DNA of 64,000 nt from Rebecca billardiae RCC1528 (GCA_965240325.2 OZ251222.1:3162001-3226000); one strand, 5' to 3'; shown: positions 1-11,376, numbered from the stretch's first letter. Made by a program: numbers and translations. Notes: generated from the sequence alone by a model not told the origin.

Positions 1-700
1 CCCCGGCCGCGCCGCCGCCGCCGCCGCGCAGGCATGCTCTCGTAGGAGGAGACGGCGGAGCTGCACGCACACATGGCCGCGCGCGGCTCTCGGTCGGACG
101 GTCGGCGATCACGGGCGCGCTGCCGGCCCGGCGCGCCGCTGAACGACGAGTAGGCCGCGCTGGAGGAGTACGTCCGCCGCCGCGCTCCGCCTGCGCGAGC
201 AGCGCTCCGCCGCGCCCGACCCGCTGGCCGAGCAGCTGCGCAGCGACCGCGCCATCGATCGCAGAGCAGCTGCAGGCGCGAGGAGATGGCGGCACGCGCG
301 GGCGGCGCGCCCGTGACGCTGCACTCGGCCGAGGTCGACGAGGACGCGCAGATGGCGCTGGCGCTGCTGCTCGTGTGCGAAGCGTGCGACCAGGACACAC
401 GCGCGCTGCGCAACGCTGAGCGCCGGATCCGTTTTCGGCGCCGTAAGGTACGCAAGGCGCTGGCAGCGGAGCGCACCGGGGCGGCGGCGCATGCGCGCAC
501 GCGGCGCGCTCGCGGTCGATGCGCGGCAACTCCAACCGCCTCGGCAAGCGCAAGCAGCGGGACGAGGGCGGCGCCGCGGCGGCGGGTGCGATGAACAAAT
601 CGGACGAGCGCGCCAAGTCCCGACGCATCGCCAACGCCGCCAAGCTGTTCGAGGACATGGACGGCGACGAGATCGCGGCCGCGGCGCACGCGGCGCCGGC
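1..700 (+). pseudogene. Degenerate coding-like remnant upstream of the hairpin repeat end at 845-861
   Basis: Protein-like fragments in shifting frames (EVDEDAQMALALLLVCEAC; MNKSDERAKSRRIANAAKLFEDMD) with stops between them. Confidence 0.3.
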
Positions 701-1053
701 AACTGCTGCTGGACTGCCAACTTGCCTCGCAGACTGCCACTGCCACTGGGCCTGGCCCATTATAAATCTTCATACGACATTGAGCAGCCGAGCAGCCGAC
801 GGAGGGTGCACCGCGGGCCCCTAACTGCGTTGGTTCTACGGAAGGACCGCGGAACGCGGTCATATTCGTCACGGACGCCAGCGCTGACGGTATTACTATA
901 TTGCTGAGACATGTGTAATATCTGTTATTGTGTTACTGTCTTGAGCCCTAGCTCTGTGACTCAGATGTGAATAAGCGTCTGCTCTTAGTTAGGCCGGACT
1001 CGTCCAGGCGTCCGTCACGGTCTCCCCGAGGCACATCCATGATTGGATTTGGA

Positions 1054-2016
1054 TCATCCCTGACTCTGAGGCTTCGCGGCCGGGCCATCTGTGGCAGCAG
1101 GATCAGGGAGGTCGAGGATGCCTGCATCATCTGGCAGGGGAGTCGCCCAGCCCGAGCGCATCCCCTCGCACGCATACCACAGCTGGGTGACCAGCCGCGT
1201 GCCATTCAGGATGGGCAGTGCTGCGTGCATGTTCTCGACTCCCGACGAGAAGACGAGCAGGCGACCCCGCGACGGCTCAATGCGCAGGCCGCGCGAAACG
1301 AGCCTGTCCGCGCCCACCTCGTCCCCAATGCCGGTCTCACCGCCCTCGAGGCCGTCCTCTCCGTGAGTGCAGAGGTAGAGGATCGCGGTGTACACGAAGA
1401 GCATATCCGTGAGGAAGTCGCCGTGCAGGCCGACAGGCTTCCACGGTTGCGGGTGCGGCTGGTTGTGGTAGTATGGCGGGCTGTGCTTCGTGTTCGCCCG
1501 GATGATGTTAGTCCTGTAGAACTTGACTGACGGTGGGACATCGTGCTTCTCGATCAAGAGCTGCCTAACATCCTCGGCGAGCGCGTTCCACGCATGGTAC
1601 CCCAGTGGGATAGACCAAGTCCACATCTTGATCTCATACCCGTGCGGCGAGTTCTCGATCGAGGGTGCGTTTGCCTCAATCTCCGCGATTGCCCCTTCAG
1701 AGGCGAAATGGTCGTAGACGGCGCGAAAGCACGGCCCCTTGCTGTAGCACGAAAGGCCCTCGCGTCGTCGAAACTTGCCCTTGCGACTGACGTTCCCTGT
1801 GTAGTTCACCATTTTCACGTGCTCAGCCTTCTTGTCGATGCAGGGCACATCCTCGTGGAACGCCATGCGCATCGGTCCCCGCGGCTGACCCGCCAGCGAC
1901 GCGAGCTGCACCACGCCATCAGGATCGATCCGCTCGGGTGCTCCGTCGGGACCGACGGCGAAGGTCTCCGACGCCGCAGATTGCAGCGCAGGCAGGATGC
2001 ACAGCCAAAGGTTCAT
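1054..2016 (-). CDS. Secreted/organellar 2OG-Fe(II) oxygenase, prolyl-4-hydroxylase-like
   Basis: HGDF (HxD) ... ILYL ... LEGGET ... GRLLVFSSG.ENMH ... GTRLVTQLW: the double-stranded beta-helix 2OG motifs. Start placed at hydrophobic MNLWLCIL (ATG 2016); the ORF extension upstream overlaps the COMMD gene. Confidence 0.7.
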   Translation of the reverse strand: MNLWLCILPALQSAASETFAVGPDGAPERIDPDGVVQLASLAGQPRGPMRMAFHEDVPCIDKKAEHVKMVNYTGNVSRKGKFRRREGLSCYSKGPCFRAVYDHFASEGAIAEIEANAPSIENSPHGYEIKMWTWSIPLGYHAWNALAEDVRQLLIEKHDVPPSVKFYRTNIIRANTKHSPPYYHNQPHPQPWKPVGLHGDFLTDMLFVYTAILYLCTHGEDGLEGGETGIGDEVGADRLVSRGLRIEPSRGRLLVFSSGVENMHAALPILNGTRLVTQLWYACEGMRSGWATPLPDDAGILDLPDPAATDGPAAKPQSQG

Positions 2017-2125
2017 CGCGAGCCTCGAGAGCGCCAGGGCGGAGTGGACCGAGACCGACGAGCGGACGAGCGGGAGCGTCCCGAGCGCCGACGCCGGCTG
2101 GGCGCGCCTGCCGTGGACGATCAGC

Positions 2126-2886
2126 ATGGCGGACGCTCTGCGTGCGCTCAACCACCTCGACGCCAGTGCGGTGACGGCAATATGCGAGGCTGCGATCCAG
2201 ATTGAGCGATCGGGCGGCGGCCTGGGTGCTGCCCAACACCTGCCTCCAGCATCACCACACGATGAAGCATCAGCTGCGGCGAGCATGCTCTCGCATGCCA
2301 TGTTTGAGTGTGCCCGAGAGTCGGTGGCGCCCGCAGATCGACTGCAGGAGTGGCTCCACGCCGCAGTGCGCGCAGGCGCGAGCCCCTGCGTCGCGAACGC
2401 CATGCATCTTGTCCATGCGCTCTCTGCACGCCGCGTTCAATACTTGTAACGCCCTGCCCTCCGCCTGCGACGTGTGCATGCGCCCCTCCCCAGGGCGTGC
2501 ACCCAGGCGTGATTGAGACCATCCGGCTGTTCTTCGTCGAGAACGAGGCGACCCTGGCTCAACGGGCCGCGTCCCTCGACCCAGGGCAGCCAACATATGC
2601 TGGACTGGATTGGCGGCTGGACGTGCAGATTGCGTCCAGGTGGCGTGGGAGGCACACTGCGCAGCCGATCTACTTGCTGCAGCTCCACACATGCACTGAT
2701 GGGCAACAGTGCACGCACGCGCTGCAAGCGGAGGCCTCATCGCTGCGCTATGTGGCGGATGAGCTCGAGGCGGCTCTACAGGCCGGCGGCGCCACGCACT
2801 CCCAGAGAGTCCGTCGCGCCGCGGAAAGCGCAATCCGTAACGAAGCTGACAGTGGTGGCGGCAGCGGGATCGGCGGCAACCGGTAA
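2126..2886 (+). CDS. COMM domain protein (COMMD2-like), 2 exons: 2126-2365 and 2494-2886
   Basis: PTYAGLDWRLDVQIASR...QPIYLLQL COMM signature. A GT..CAG intron at 2366-2493 joins the two ORF frames in phase. Confidence 0.75.
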
Positions 2887-2928
2887 CAGCAGTGCTGATA
2901 TGAGTAGTGAGTGCTTGACGAATTTAAG

Positions 2929-3128
<200 letters not shown>

Positions 3129-3631
3129 CGGACTCGGAGACGGGTCTGAATCACGGGAGAGAGAGACGCCGAGAGACGTGGTCTGTGGCATGGCAATCAC
3201 AATATATATACTAATAACGGGCTCGGGCGTCAGTGGCGTCTTCGGACTGAGGCGGGCATACGACATGCGCATAAGGTATTTACGTCGTTAAGTCGTTAGT
3301 AACGTCTCGCGTCGTCCGGAGTCCGCCCGGCGGCTACTGATTGAATAAGTCGTTTAATACGTATGATAGATGGTAAGATGCATGCCATTATATAATAAAT
3401 CACTTCATAATGCGCAGGCGTCTGATTCCGGAGACGAGCTACAGGCGGAACTACAGCCATGCTGACGATGACGATGATGAGTCGTAGAATCAATGATAAC
3501 TATAACGACATTGCCTTTCATTCACACGCACAGCTACTTAACTCCCCTATAACCCTGCACCGTGCGCGCGGGACCCAAACGGCGGCCGGGCATTGCCGCG
3601 CAACAGGATCGTGGGGACGTGGGGCCCGCCG

Positions 3632-3746
<115 letters not shown>

Positions 3747-3868
3747 ACGAAGTCAGTGACACCGCGCGCAGCCTCGCCTCGCCGTTCGGGATCATGCATT
3801 CGTCGCCTGTTTCGCAGGAATCATTGCACACACCCTGAACAATATTGCATGGTCAGGATGATCAGGAC

Positions 3869-4960
3869 TCAGGTGTTCGAGGTTGTCGTCCGCGCCGCCG
3901 CCATGTCCTCGCCTTGCGGACCGGCCGAAGCCAGCGCCTGCTGCTTGTGTTGGTGGTGCCACTGCTTGATGGCCCACAAGTGTCCTCGAGCGATGCCACG
4001 TCCGATGGTATTCGGATAGACGCCCCGTAGCTCGAAGCTGTCGATCGAGCGCTCCTCGCCTGCGGCGGTCGTGTACTGCCCAGTGCCCGCTGTGTCCTGG
4101 ACCGCATCCGGCTCGACGTGCTCGCACCACCGGCAGATGTCGGCGATCGGCACCCAGCAGGCGCTATCGCACTCGACGGACTGAAGCGTGACCGGCATCG
4201 CCGAGCTTGCCCGCAGCTCAACGAAGGCCACGAGGTGGTGCCTCGGGCGCTTGCCATTGCCCGAGGCACGCAGCTCGGCCCACTCCGAGAGCTGGGTTGG
4301 ATAGCACGACTCCCACAGCGCGCACACCTTGTTGCTCGACGAGGGGGCGGCCGCGGAACTCAGTGCGAGGCTCGTCTCTTCGCGAAGCTCGCGAATCGCC
4401 GTGTGGACGATGCATTCGTCGTCGGACTCGACGCCCCCGCCGGGCAGCACCCATGCGCCGGGGAAGGTGCGCATACTTGCTGGCCGCCGGGTGAGGAGAA
4501 CGCGGTCGAGATCATCAATCACGAGGGCCACAGCCGCCATTCGCAGGGCTGCCCACGACTCAGACGGTGTGGTCTCGTCTGCGCACGCCGGGCACGTGTC
4601 CAGCCCCGTCGACGTGCGCTGGTGCCCGAGGACCATCACGTCGTCGCCATGCTCGGCCAGCTGCGCACTGCTTGGCCATAGCTCGACGAGAGGCCCAGTC
4701 GAGGTGGCCCTCTCGATGAAGCGCACCAGCCCGTGCTGCGCACCGACCGCTGCGTCATAGAGCACACCTTCGTCAACTTTGAGCGCGCGATACAAGCATG
4801 GGTGGTCCACCCCGTGAATGAGAGGTGCCGGCGGACGCACGACGTCGTGCATGGCGAGCGGGATGGAGTTGGCGCCTTGCCGCTCGACAAGCGCGCTCGC
4901 CAAGTTGGGCAGTCCTGCACTCCTGCTCAAGAACTGCTCACCAGGACCGTGATCACTCAT
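3869..4960 (-). CDS. Nudix hydrolase (NUDT17-like)
   Basis: VLLTRRPASMRTFPGAWVLPGGGVE...AIRELREETSL Nudix box, followed by LWESCYP and RHHLV motifs resembling NUDT17. Start at ATG 4960 (4852 also possible). Confidence 0.85.
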   Translation of the reverse strand: MSDHGPGEQFLSRSAGLPNLASALVERQGANSIPLAMHDVVRPPAPLIHGVDHPCLYRALKVDEGVLYDAAVGAQHGLVRFIERATSTGPLVELWPSSAQLAEHGDDVMVLGHQRTSTGLDTCPACADETTPSESWAALRMAAVALVIDDLDRVLLTRRPASMRTFPGAWVLPGGGVESDDECIVHTAIRELREETSLALSSAAAPSSSNKVCALWESCYPTQLSEWAELRASGNGKRPRHHLVAFVELRASSAMPVTLQSVECDSACWVPIADICRWCEHVEPDAVQDTAGTGQYTTAAGEERSIDSFELRGVYPNTIGRGIARGHLWAIKQWHHQHKQQALASAGPQGEDMAAARTTTSNT

Positions 4961-5054
4961 CAGTTGCTTATTGGAGACGCGACGGGTTTCGTCGCGGCAG
5001 CCTTGGCCGGCTTGTGTGGAGCGCTTCCCGCGCAGAGGAGTCCACACAAACGCC

Positions 5055-5993
5055 ATGGCGATGCAGGACCCAGCCGCGTCGCCCGCAACGATGGATTCCG
5101 GCCTCAACGAGATCGACATTCTGAGCCTGCTGGACTCGTGGGACGCGGCCGAGCCGTCCGGCGCAAAGATGATCAAGCTGTCCGCATCGCTCTCGAAGTC
5201 ACAGCGGCTTCGGCTGAACAAGCCCACGGGTGACAACTCTGCGCTCTCGTGGATGCTTGGCTCGAGCGCAGACACCGCCGAGGACCTCCGCGAGATGGGC
5301 CTCCACGGGATGAGAGGCGGGCCTGCCGTGGATTCGGCAGAGCTCGATACCGTCCTTACGGAGCTGTGCATGGACACGGAGGCGATCAGCTCCCTGATGC
5401 ACACAATGGACACGCTCTCAGGACAGATGCATGCGACAGTGGTGAATGTATGTGCAGGCGGCAGCGCCGAGCTGAACTCGCCCGAGTCTGCCCGGGCTCC
5501 CTCCGAGAAAGCGCCCGCCGTGAACGCGCTCGTGCCTTTGGGCTTGCCGCATTCCTTCAACAACCTCTCCTGCGCGGACACGCTTGCCAAGAACACGGCC
5601 GAGGGCGGTGGTGAGAGTGGCTGCCTGCAATTCGCTCTCACATCAGGGGCTGATTCGGCGCCGTCGATCGACGAGCTTCGCTCCCACTTCTGCAAGCAGT
5701 TTGCCTCGGAAGTTGACGTGCAAGTGAAGAAGGTGCACAAGCGGCGGCGTCTCAATCTCCCCCAAGAGGCGACGGACATCCTGACCAACTTTGTGCAGAC
5801 GCACATCGACAACCCGTATGCGACGCCCGAGAAAAAAGAACAGCTCGCGCTGGAATGCGGCATCAACGTCGAGCAGGTCTCCAACTGGCTCACCAACTAC
5901 CGCAAGCGCCATTGGCAGCCACCATCAGTCGTACAGGTGATTATCCCTCAGGAGAACGCAAAGCAGCATGTTGCTCATGCAGGCATGGGTTGA
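5055..5993 (+). CDS. TALE-class homeodomain transcription factor
   Basis: RRRLNLPQEATDILTNFVQTHIDNPYATPEKKEQLA...QVSNWLTNYRKR: three-residue loop extension homeodomain. Confidence 0.85.
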   Translation: MAMQDPAASPATMDSGLNEIDILSLLDSWDAAEPSGAKMIKLSASLSKSQRLRLNKPTGDNSALSWMLGSSADTAEDLREMGLHGMRGGPAVDSAELDTVLTELCMDTEAISSLMHTMDTLSGQMHATVVNVCAGGSAELNSPESARAPSEKAPAVNALVPLGLPHSFNNLSCADTLAKNTAEGGGESGCLQFALTSGADSAPSIDELRSHFCKQFASEVDVQVKKVHKRRRLNLPQEATDILTNFVQTHIDNPYATPEKKEQLALECGINVEQVSNWLTNYRKRHWQPPSVVQVIIPQENAKQHVAHAGMG

Positions 5994-6319
5994 GCTCATC
6001 TCGACCACGACGACACAGGTGGGAGGCGGTAGAGTACAGGGCTGGGAGTACTACAAGTACGCTACGTCTCGTGAGGCTGAGTCTAGGCTACATCAGCGCG
6101 GTAGTGCTGCACAGTTGGTCTAGTGACCAGAGCGCACAAGGAGCCCGCTTGTCTAACTGGCACAGCCAGGACATGGCCGCTCGGGAAATCGGCGTAGACC
6201 TGCTATAGGCGGCTGACACACACACAGGCGGGACCGCACCGTAGAGTGCCAGCAGCGCCGCACCTAACTAATAACATCACAGCCTGCCTCGGCCGACGCG
6301 ACCGCTTCTTGCTAGCATA

Positions 6320-6382
6320 CTACAGTTTATTTGTTTTAACGTGCGTAAGGCTCACGGTGGCAGGTTGCCGCGCCATCCTTCA
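6320..6382 (+). repeat. Dispersed 63-bp repeat A; identical copy at 62692-62754, inverted degenerate copy at ~12133-12205
   Basis: CTACAGTTTATTTGTTTTAACGTGCGTAAGGCTCACGGTGGCAGGTTGCCGCGCCATCCTTCA matched by eye. Confidence 0.9.
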
Positions 6383-6598
6383 TCGCACGCTCTCCGAAGA
6401 GAGACCTGGTAAAGTAGTAGTATGCTAGTCGTAATAATGATCTTTGAGATATTTGAGCAGATTCCTGTATCTTTACAAGGCGGCTGAGAGTTAGTTTATT
6501 ATAATAATTATTATTATTAGACGAGTCTGACTGAATTATGAGCTAAATGCATGATCAGATAGCTGAGCGCGCGTGTACATCAGAGCGCCTGATGCGGA

Positions 6599-7093
6599 CT
6601 ACAGCGTGCAGACGCTCGAATCCCGCCGTTGTGAGGCGCACATTGCGAGCAAGACCTCGCAGGCCTCCTCACATGTAGGGTTCGCCGCCAGGACACTCTC
6701 TATCACGGAGTGGGGGAGTTGAGGGAAGGCCGACATGAGCTCCTCCATGCTCGCGAGTCCCTCGTTCGGAGGCCCCAGGCTCGCCGTTTGTGCGGAAGAA
6801 GGATTTTCTGCAGATGCTGCAAGCGCGCTCTGGGTCTCGTCGTAGGCGTCGCCGTCATCTGGCATGCTGTTTGTGGTGTCGACGTCATCCGATGAGATCA
6901 ATCGTGTGAAGTCATCGCGCGGCTCCATGAAGGAGCGCAAGCTCGAGAAGATGCGGCGTGGAGAGAAGACTCCGCCACTAGCACTGTGTTCCTTTCTGGA
7001 AAAGGACGCGACGTCACCCCATCGTGTCGTCGGGTCAGGGAGGTTCGTGTCGCCCTGCCTTGGCCAATGCGCGGCGGCAGCGGTGGTCATCAT
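6599..7093 (-). CDS. CUE (ubiquitin-binding) domain protein
   Basis: C-terminal MEELMSAFPQLPHSVIESVLAAN...EEACEVLLAM matches the CUE FP...LL pattern. Confidence 0.65.
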   Translation of the reverse strand: MMTTAAAAHWPRQGDTNLPDPTTRWGDVASFSRKEHSASGGVFSPRRIFSSLRSFMEPRDDFTRLISSDDVDTTNSMPDDGDAYDETQSALAASAENPSSAQTASLGPPNEGLASMEELMSAFPQLPHSVIESVLAANPTCEEACEVLLAMCASQRRDSSVCTL

Positions 7094-7318
7094 CGTGCGG
7101 ATGGAAGGGTGAAGGGTGGAATGGTGCATCGACGGGGCAACTTCGATTCTTTGTCAAATTCGGCGCGAAGTTCGGCGGCCAAGGAGGCCACCGGTTCGAG
7201 TCCGGGCCTCCGGACGGCCCTTGCTCAGCAGCCGGGGCCGCCCGAGCCCGCCACGGCAAGGGTGGTCGCACGGGAGGACCAAGACACCACGTCGTCCCTG
7301 ACCAATTCAGCAGTCAGC

Positions 7319-8755
7319 ATGGAGACCGCCCCCCTGCCTGCTACGGACCATGCGCCGGCAGCTGCGCCCTCTACCAGGCCGGAGATGGCGCACTCGCGCA
7401 AGGTACTCGTGCGCGAGCAGCATAGACGCGAGCTCGCCGAGCGAGCCGCGCGCGGGGAGCCCTTGTCCAAGTCTGCGACCAAGAGGCTGCACAAGCAGCA
7501 GCGGCTCGAGGAGAACCGAGCGGCCGTGAAGGCGCAGCGGCGCACCCGGCGGGAGCGGCGGCGCGCACTCGACCAGGCGGACGAGAAGGCCGTCAGCGTG
7601 CCGTCCTCTGTTGCCGCGACCTTCTCGATCGCGCCGGCTGCAGCTGCGGCACGTGCGTACGCCTTTTGGAAGCGGATCGGCGAGCCGCGTGCAATGCTCG
7701 CACCGATGGTGAACCAGTCCGAGCTGGCCTTCCGCATGCTCGCGCGCCGGCATGGCGCACCGATCTGCTTCACGCAGATGTTCCCGGCCGCAACCTTTGC
7801 GGGCCACCCCTCCGTGCGCCTCGACATGTTCGAGCAGCACGCCGCCGACCGTCCGCTCATCGCTCAGTTTTGCGGCGATGACCCGCAGGCGCTTGTGCGT
7901 GCCGCCTCCTTTGTCGCACCGCACGTCGACGCGGTCGACCTGAACTGCGGCTGTCCGCAGGGCATCGCGCGACGCGGGCACTATGGCGCCTTCCTGCTCG
8001 ACGAGCCCGACCTCATCGTCGACATCGTCCGCCAGCTCACCTCCGCCCTGAGCGTGCCCGTCACGGTCAAGCTGCGCATCCAGCCGAGCGAGGAGGCGAC
8101 GCTGGCGCTCGCGCGCCGCCTGCAGGAGGCGGGCTGCGTGATGCTCACGGTGCACGGGCGCACGCGCGAGCAGAAGTCGCGGGGCGAGGCCGACTGGGCG
8201 GCGATCGCGCGCGTGAAGGCTGCGCTTGACATCCCTGTCGTCGCGAATGGCGCCATCGAGGCACACGAGGACATCGCGCGCTGCCTCGCCGCGACCGGGT
8301 GCGACAGCGTGATGACGTCCGAGGCGGCGCTTGAGAACCCCGCCATCTTCGACGGGCAGCCGTGCACGCGCGGCTCGCAGCTGCGGCTGGCGGAGGAGTA
8401 CATTGAGCTCGTCCGCGCGCACCCTCCGCCCAACATCGCCATCGTCAAGTCGCACCTCTTCCGGCTGCTGCACATGTCGCTCACCGAGCACGTGGACATG
8501 CGCGCGGCCATGGCCGTCCTCAAGACGACGGGCGAGCTGTGCGCGGCCGCGGCCGAGGTGATCGCGCGCGACAAGGCGCGCGCCGCGTCCGATCCAGCGT
8601 TCGCCGCACGATGCGACACAGCGAGCGCGCCCTTCGTCACGTGGTACCGCCGCCATCGGCAAGGCGCAGACGATAAGGAGCACGCTGCTCCTGCCGAGGC
8701 AGCTGCTGGGACCGCTCGTGATGATGAGGCGCCATGCGATCAGTGCGAAAGCTGA
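7319..8755 (+). CDS. DUS1: tRNA-dihydrouridine synthase (DUS1-like)
   Basis: LAPMVNQSELAFR, DRPLIAQFCG, VDLNCGCPQGIARRGHYGAFL, LTVHGRT, PVVANG motifs. Confidence 0.9.
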   Translation: METAPLPATDHAPAAAPSTRPEMAHSRKVLVREQHRRELAERAARGEPLSKSATKRLHKQQRLEENRAAVKAQRRTRRERRRALDQADEKAVSVPSSVAATFSIAPAAAAARAYAFWKRIGEPRAMLAPMVNQSELAFRMLARRHGAPICFTQMFPAATFAGHPSVRLDMFEQHAADRPLIAQFCGDDPQALVRAASFVAPHVDAVDLNCGCPQGIARRGHYGAFLLDEPDLIVDIVRQLTSALSVPVTVKLRIQPSEEATLALARRLQEAGCVMLTVHGRTREQKSRGEADWAAIARVKAALDIPVVANGAIEAHEDIARCLAATGCDSVMTSEAALENPAIFDGQPCTRGSQLRLAEEYIELVRAHPPPNIAIVKSHLFRLLHMSLTEHVDMRAAMAVLKTTGELCAAAAEVIARDKARAASDPAFAARCDTASAPFVTWYRRHRQGADDKEHAAPAEAAAGTARDDEAPCDQCES

Positions 8756-9015
8756 CAATGTCAGTCCCGGACCCGGGGCTCAGTGCTGATCAGCTGCTTA
8801 TATACTATCAGTGTCAGCGTCTGCGCAGCAGGCCGGACTACGACTCAGATGCGTCGACCGCCCGGCCACACACGGTCGCCTGCCCTCTGCTGCGGCCCGC
8901 AGAGACTGAGTGACTCCGGCAGAGAGGGCAGGCTACCGGGCTGCTAACACTCAGTAACAGCTAAGGCTGGCTGAGCATGGTTCCGCCCTCATCATAATTT
9001 GACATCGTCCTTTCA

Positions 9016-10962
9016 TCAGCAGGTCTCGTTCGCAGCGGGCGGCGTAGGTGGCAACGTCTTCTCGGTGGGAGTCGTGGGCGTAGCCTCGGCGGGTCCGTCG
9101 TCTGCCCGACCCGACGTGCCATGACGCGCATCATCGGTGCGCTCACCCGCGCGTGGTTGACCAGACGTCGGCGCGTGCGGCTCGCCGCCGTTCTCGAGCT
9201 TCGATGCGTCCGGAGCCGCGGCCTGAGCGCCCTTTGGGTGCGCGGGCTCGGTCACGGGCGGCACGCTCGCCTCCACGCTGTCGTCTCGCATGAACTCCAC
9301 GTAGGTCGACCCCTGGGTGTTGGAGCCGTGCCCACGACTACCCCAGGCGCAGCAGCGCGCGCGCGGAGCGTCGTTCCCAAAGAGTGCCACCACCTCCTCG
9401 AGCGACTTGCCCTTGGTCTCGGGTAGAAGCGTAAAAATGAAGACCCAGCCGACCACGCCGATGGCTGCGTACAGCGAGAAAGCGCCCGCCTCGGTGAGCA
9501 GCTCGCACAGGTCGAGGAAGGTGAGTGAGATGACGAGGTTGCCCGTCCAGTTGAGCGCAGACGAGACCGAGGTGCCGAGAGAGCGGTCCTCCTGCGCGTA
9601 GATCTCAGAGTTGATCGTCCACGGCATCGTGCCCATGCCGGGAGAGAAGCCCGCAATGTACGCGACGAGGGCGACGAGCGTCACGATGCCCGCGTGTGCA
9701 GTTGGCACGGCGTCGCGGCGCAGGAGGTCAAAGGCGAGCGCGAGCATCATCAGCGCCGCGATCACGACCGCCAGGCTTGTGAGCACGAGCGCGCGCCGTC
9801 CCGAGGACTCGACGAGCCGCACGCCCACCCACGCACCGAGCGCGTTGGTCAGGCCGATCACGGCGGCGCCCCAGATGGCGACGGCGTCCGCGTGGCTCGA
9901 CGCCTCCGCCTCCGCGCCTGCGCCGCCGTCGACGTCCTCGTCGCCCTCCGACGCGCCGAGCCCGCCCATCTGCAGGATGGTCGCGCTGTAATACATGACC
10001 GTGTTGATCCCAACGGACTGCTGCAGCAGCTGCAAGCCGCCCCCGACCAGCAGGGCGCGCTTGAACGCGGGCGAGCGATTGGCGCAGCCGCTCACGGCCG
10101 GTCCCGAGCGCTCCTCCTCCTTCGCGGCGGCGGCCAGCGCGGCGACCTCCTCGGTCACCACTCGGTCCGTCGAGGACAAGTCGCGCAAGTACCCAAGCGC
10201 CATGGCCGCCTCGGCCGTGCGCCCGTGGCTCGCCAGCCATCGCGGCGACTCGGGCAGCACGGTGAAAGCGACGAGCTGCAGCGCTGAGGGCAGCGCGCCG
10301 AGGCCGAGCATCCAGCGCCAGCCGCCAGGCACGTCGGCTAGGACGCCAGCGAGCACGCAGGCGATGAACTGGCCCACGGGGATGGTCAGCGCGTTCGAGG
10401 TCACCATCTTGCCGCGCTCGGCCGGAAGGCACGCCTCCGCCACGTACATCGGCACGGACGCCGTCGAGAGGCCGATCGCCAGGCCGAGGACCATGCGGCC
10501 GATCAGCAGGCATGCGAGGCCAGTGGCACGCGACTGAGCGATCGCGTTGGCATCCGGGCCCTGCATCGGCGGGGCCACCGCCATGACCAGCGCGCCGACG
10601 GTGAAGACGAGCGACGCCGCATGGATCACTGGCCGCCGCCCAAAGCGCGAGGTGAGCCGGCCGCCAATGGAGGACCCAACCACGGCGAGACCGATGGTGG
10701 CAGAGACGACGAGCTCATGCTCGAAGGGTCGCAGCCGGTACGCCTTCCCGATCTTGAGCATCGCCCCACTCACAATGCCCGTGTCGTAGCCAAAGAGGAA
10801 GAATGACACGGACGAGATCATCGAGAGCATCCGCGTGCCTCGAATCCACGGGGTGCGCTGCGCTGCGCCGGGGTCGGGCGAATCGGGCGACATCCCGCCT
10901 TGAGCGCTGCCATTGGCCGCCGGCAGCTCCACCTCCACCGCAGTCGCCACGCCAGCCACCAT
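9016..10962 (-). CDS. MFS sugar porter, H+/myo-inositol transporter-like
   Basis: FLFGYDTGIVSGA, FGRR, PMYVAE, WRWMLG, LPESPRWL, QQSVGINTVMYY, PWTINSEIY, LPETKGKSLEE. Confidence 0.92.
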   Translation of the reverse strand: MVAGVATAVEVELPAANGSAQGGMSPDSPDPGAAQRTPWIRGTRMLSMISSVSFFLFGYDTGIVSGAMLKIGKAYRLRPFEHELVVSATIGLAVVGSSIGGRLTSRFGRRPVIHAASLVFTVGALVMAVAPPMQGPDANAIAQSRATGLACLLIGRMVLGLAIGLSTASVPMYVAEACLPAERGKMVTSNALTIPVGQFIACVLAGVLADVPGGWRWMLGLGALPSALQLVAFTVLPESPRWLASHGRTAEAAMALGYLRDLSSTDRVVTEEVAALAAAAKEEERSGPAVSGCANRSPAFKRALLVGGGLQLLQQSVGINTVMYYSATILQMGGLGASEGDEDVDGGAGAEAEASSHADAVAIWGAAVIGLTNALGAWVGVRLVESSGRRALVLTSLAVVIAALMMLALAFDLLRRDAVPTAHAGIVTLVALVAYIAGFSPGMGTMPWTINSEIYAQEDRSLGTSVSSALNWTGNLVISLTFLDLCELLTEAGAFSLYAAIGVVGWVFIFTLLPETKGKSLEEVVALFGNDAPRARCCAWGSRGHGSNTQGSTYVEFMRDDSVEASVPPVTEPAHPKGAQAAAPDASKLENGGEPHAPTSGQPRAGERTDDARHGTSGRADDGPAEATPTTPTEKTLPPTPPAANETC

Positions 10963-11376
10963 CTGCCCGTCGTCCCGTACCCGCCGGGCAGAATCTTGCT
11001 GCTGCCTGATGGATGCCGGAGCTCCAGAGCTCTGTTCATCTTCCACCGTTGGCACGCAAAGCTGAGGCCGCCCTGCTGAGCAAGCCAACCGACCGAGGGC
11101 GTGCGGTAGTTTCCAGGTGCTCACGAGCGGAGGCGGACGCACGGGGCACGGCCAAGGGGACCCCTTGGCACGGCTGATCGGTGGCTCCGGAAGGGCGGGG
11201 GAGGGTCCGCGCTGCTCCGGACTGGCGCGAGCCAACCGCTGCTTTGCTCTTGCGCATTGGCTGATCAAAACTAAGCAGGGCTGCAGGGCTGCCCAGGCCG
11301 GGCTGGAGACTGCTTGCTTTTCGAAACGCGATCCCCGCGGAGCTCGCGGCCGGTGTGGCCTCGAGGCACGCCGGAG

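Noticed and set aside
4961-5896. N-terminal 300-aa extension of the Nudix ORF
   Set aside because: It is the antisense frame of the homeodomain gene; Nudix-like sequence starts at or after 4960.
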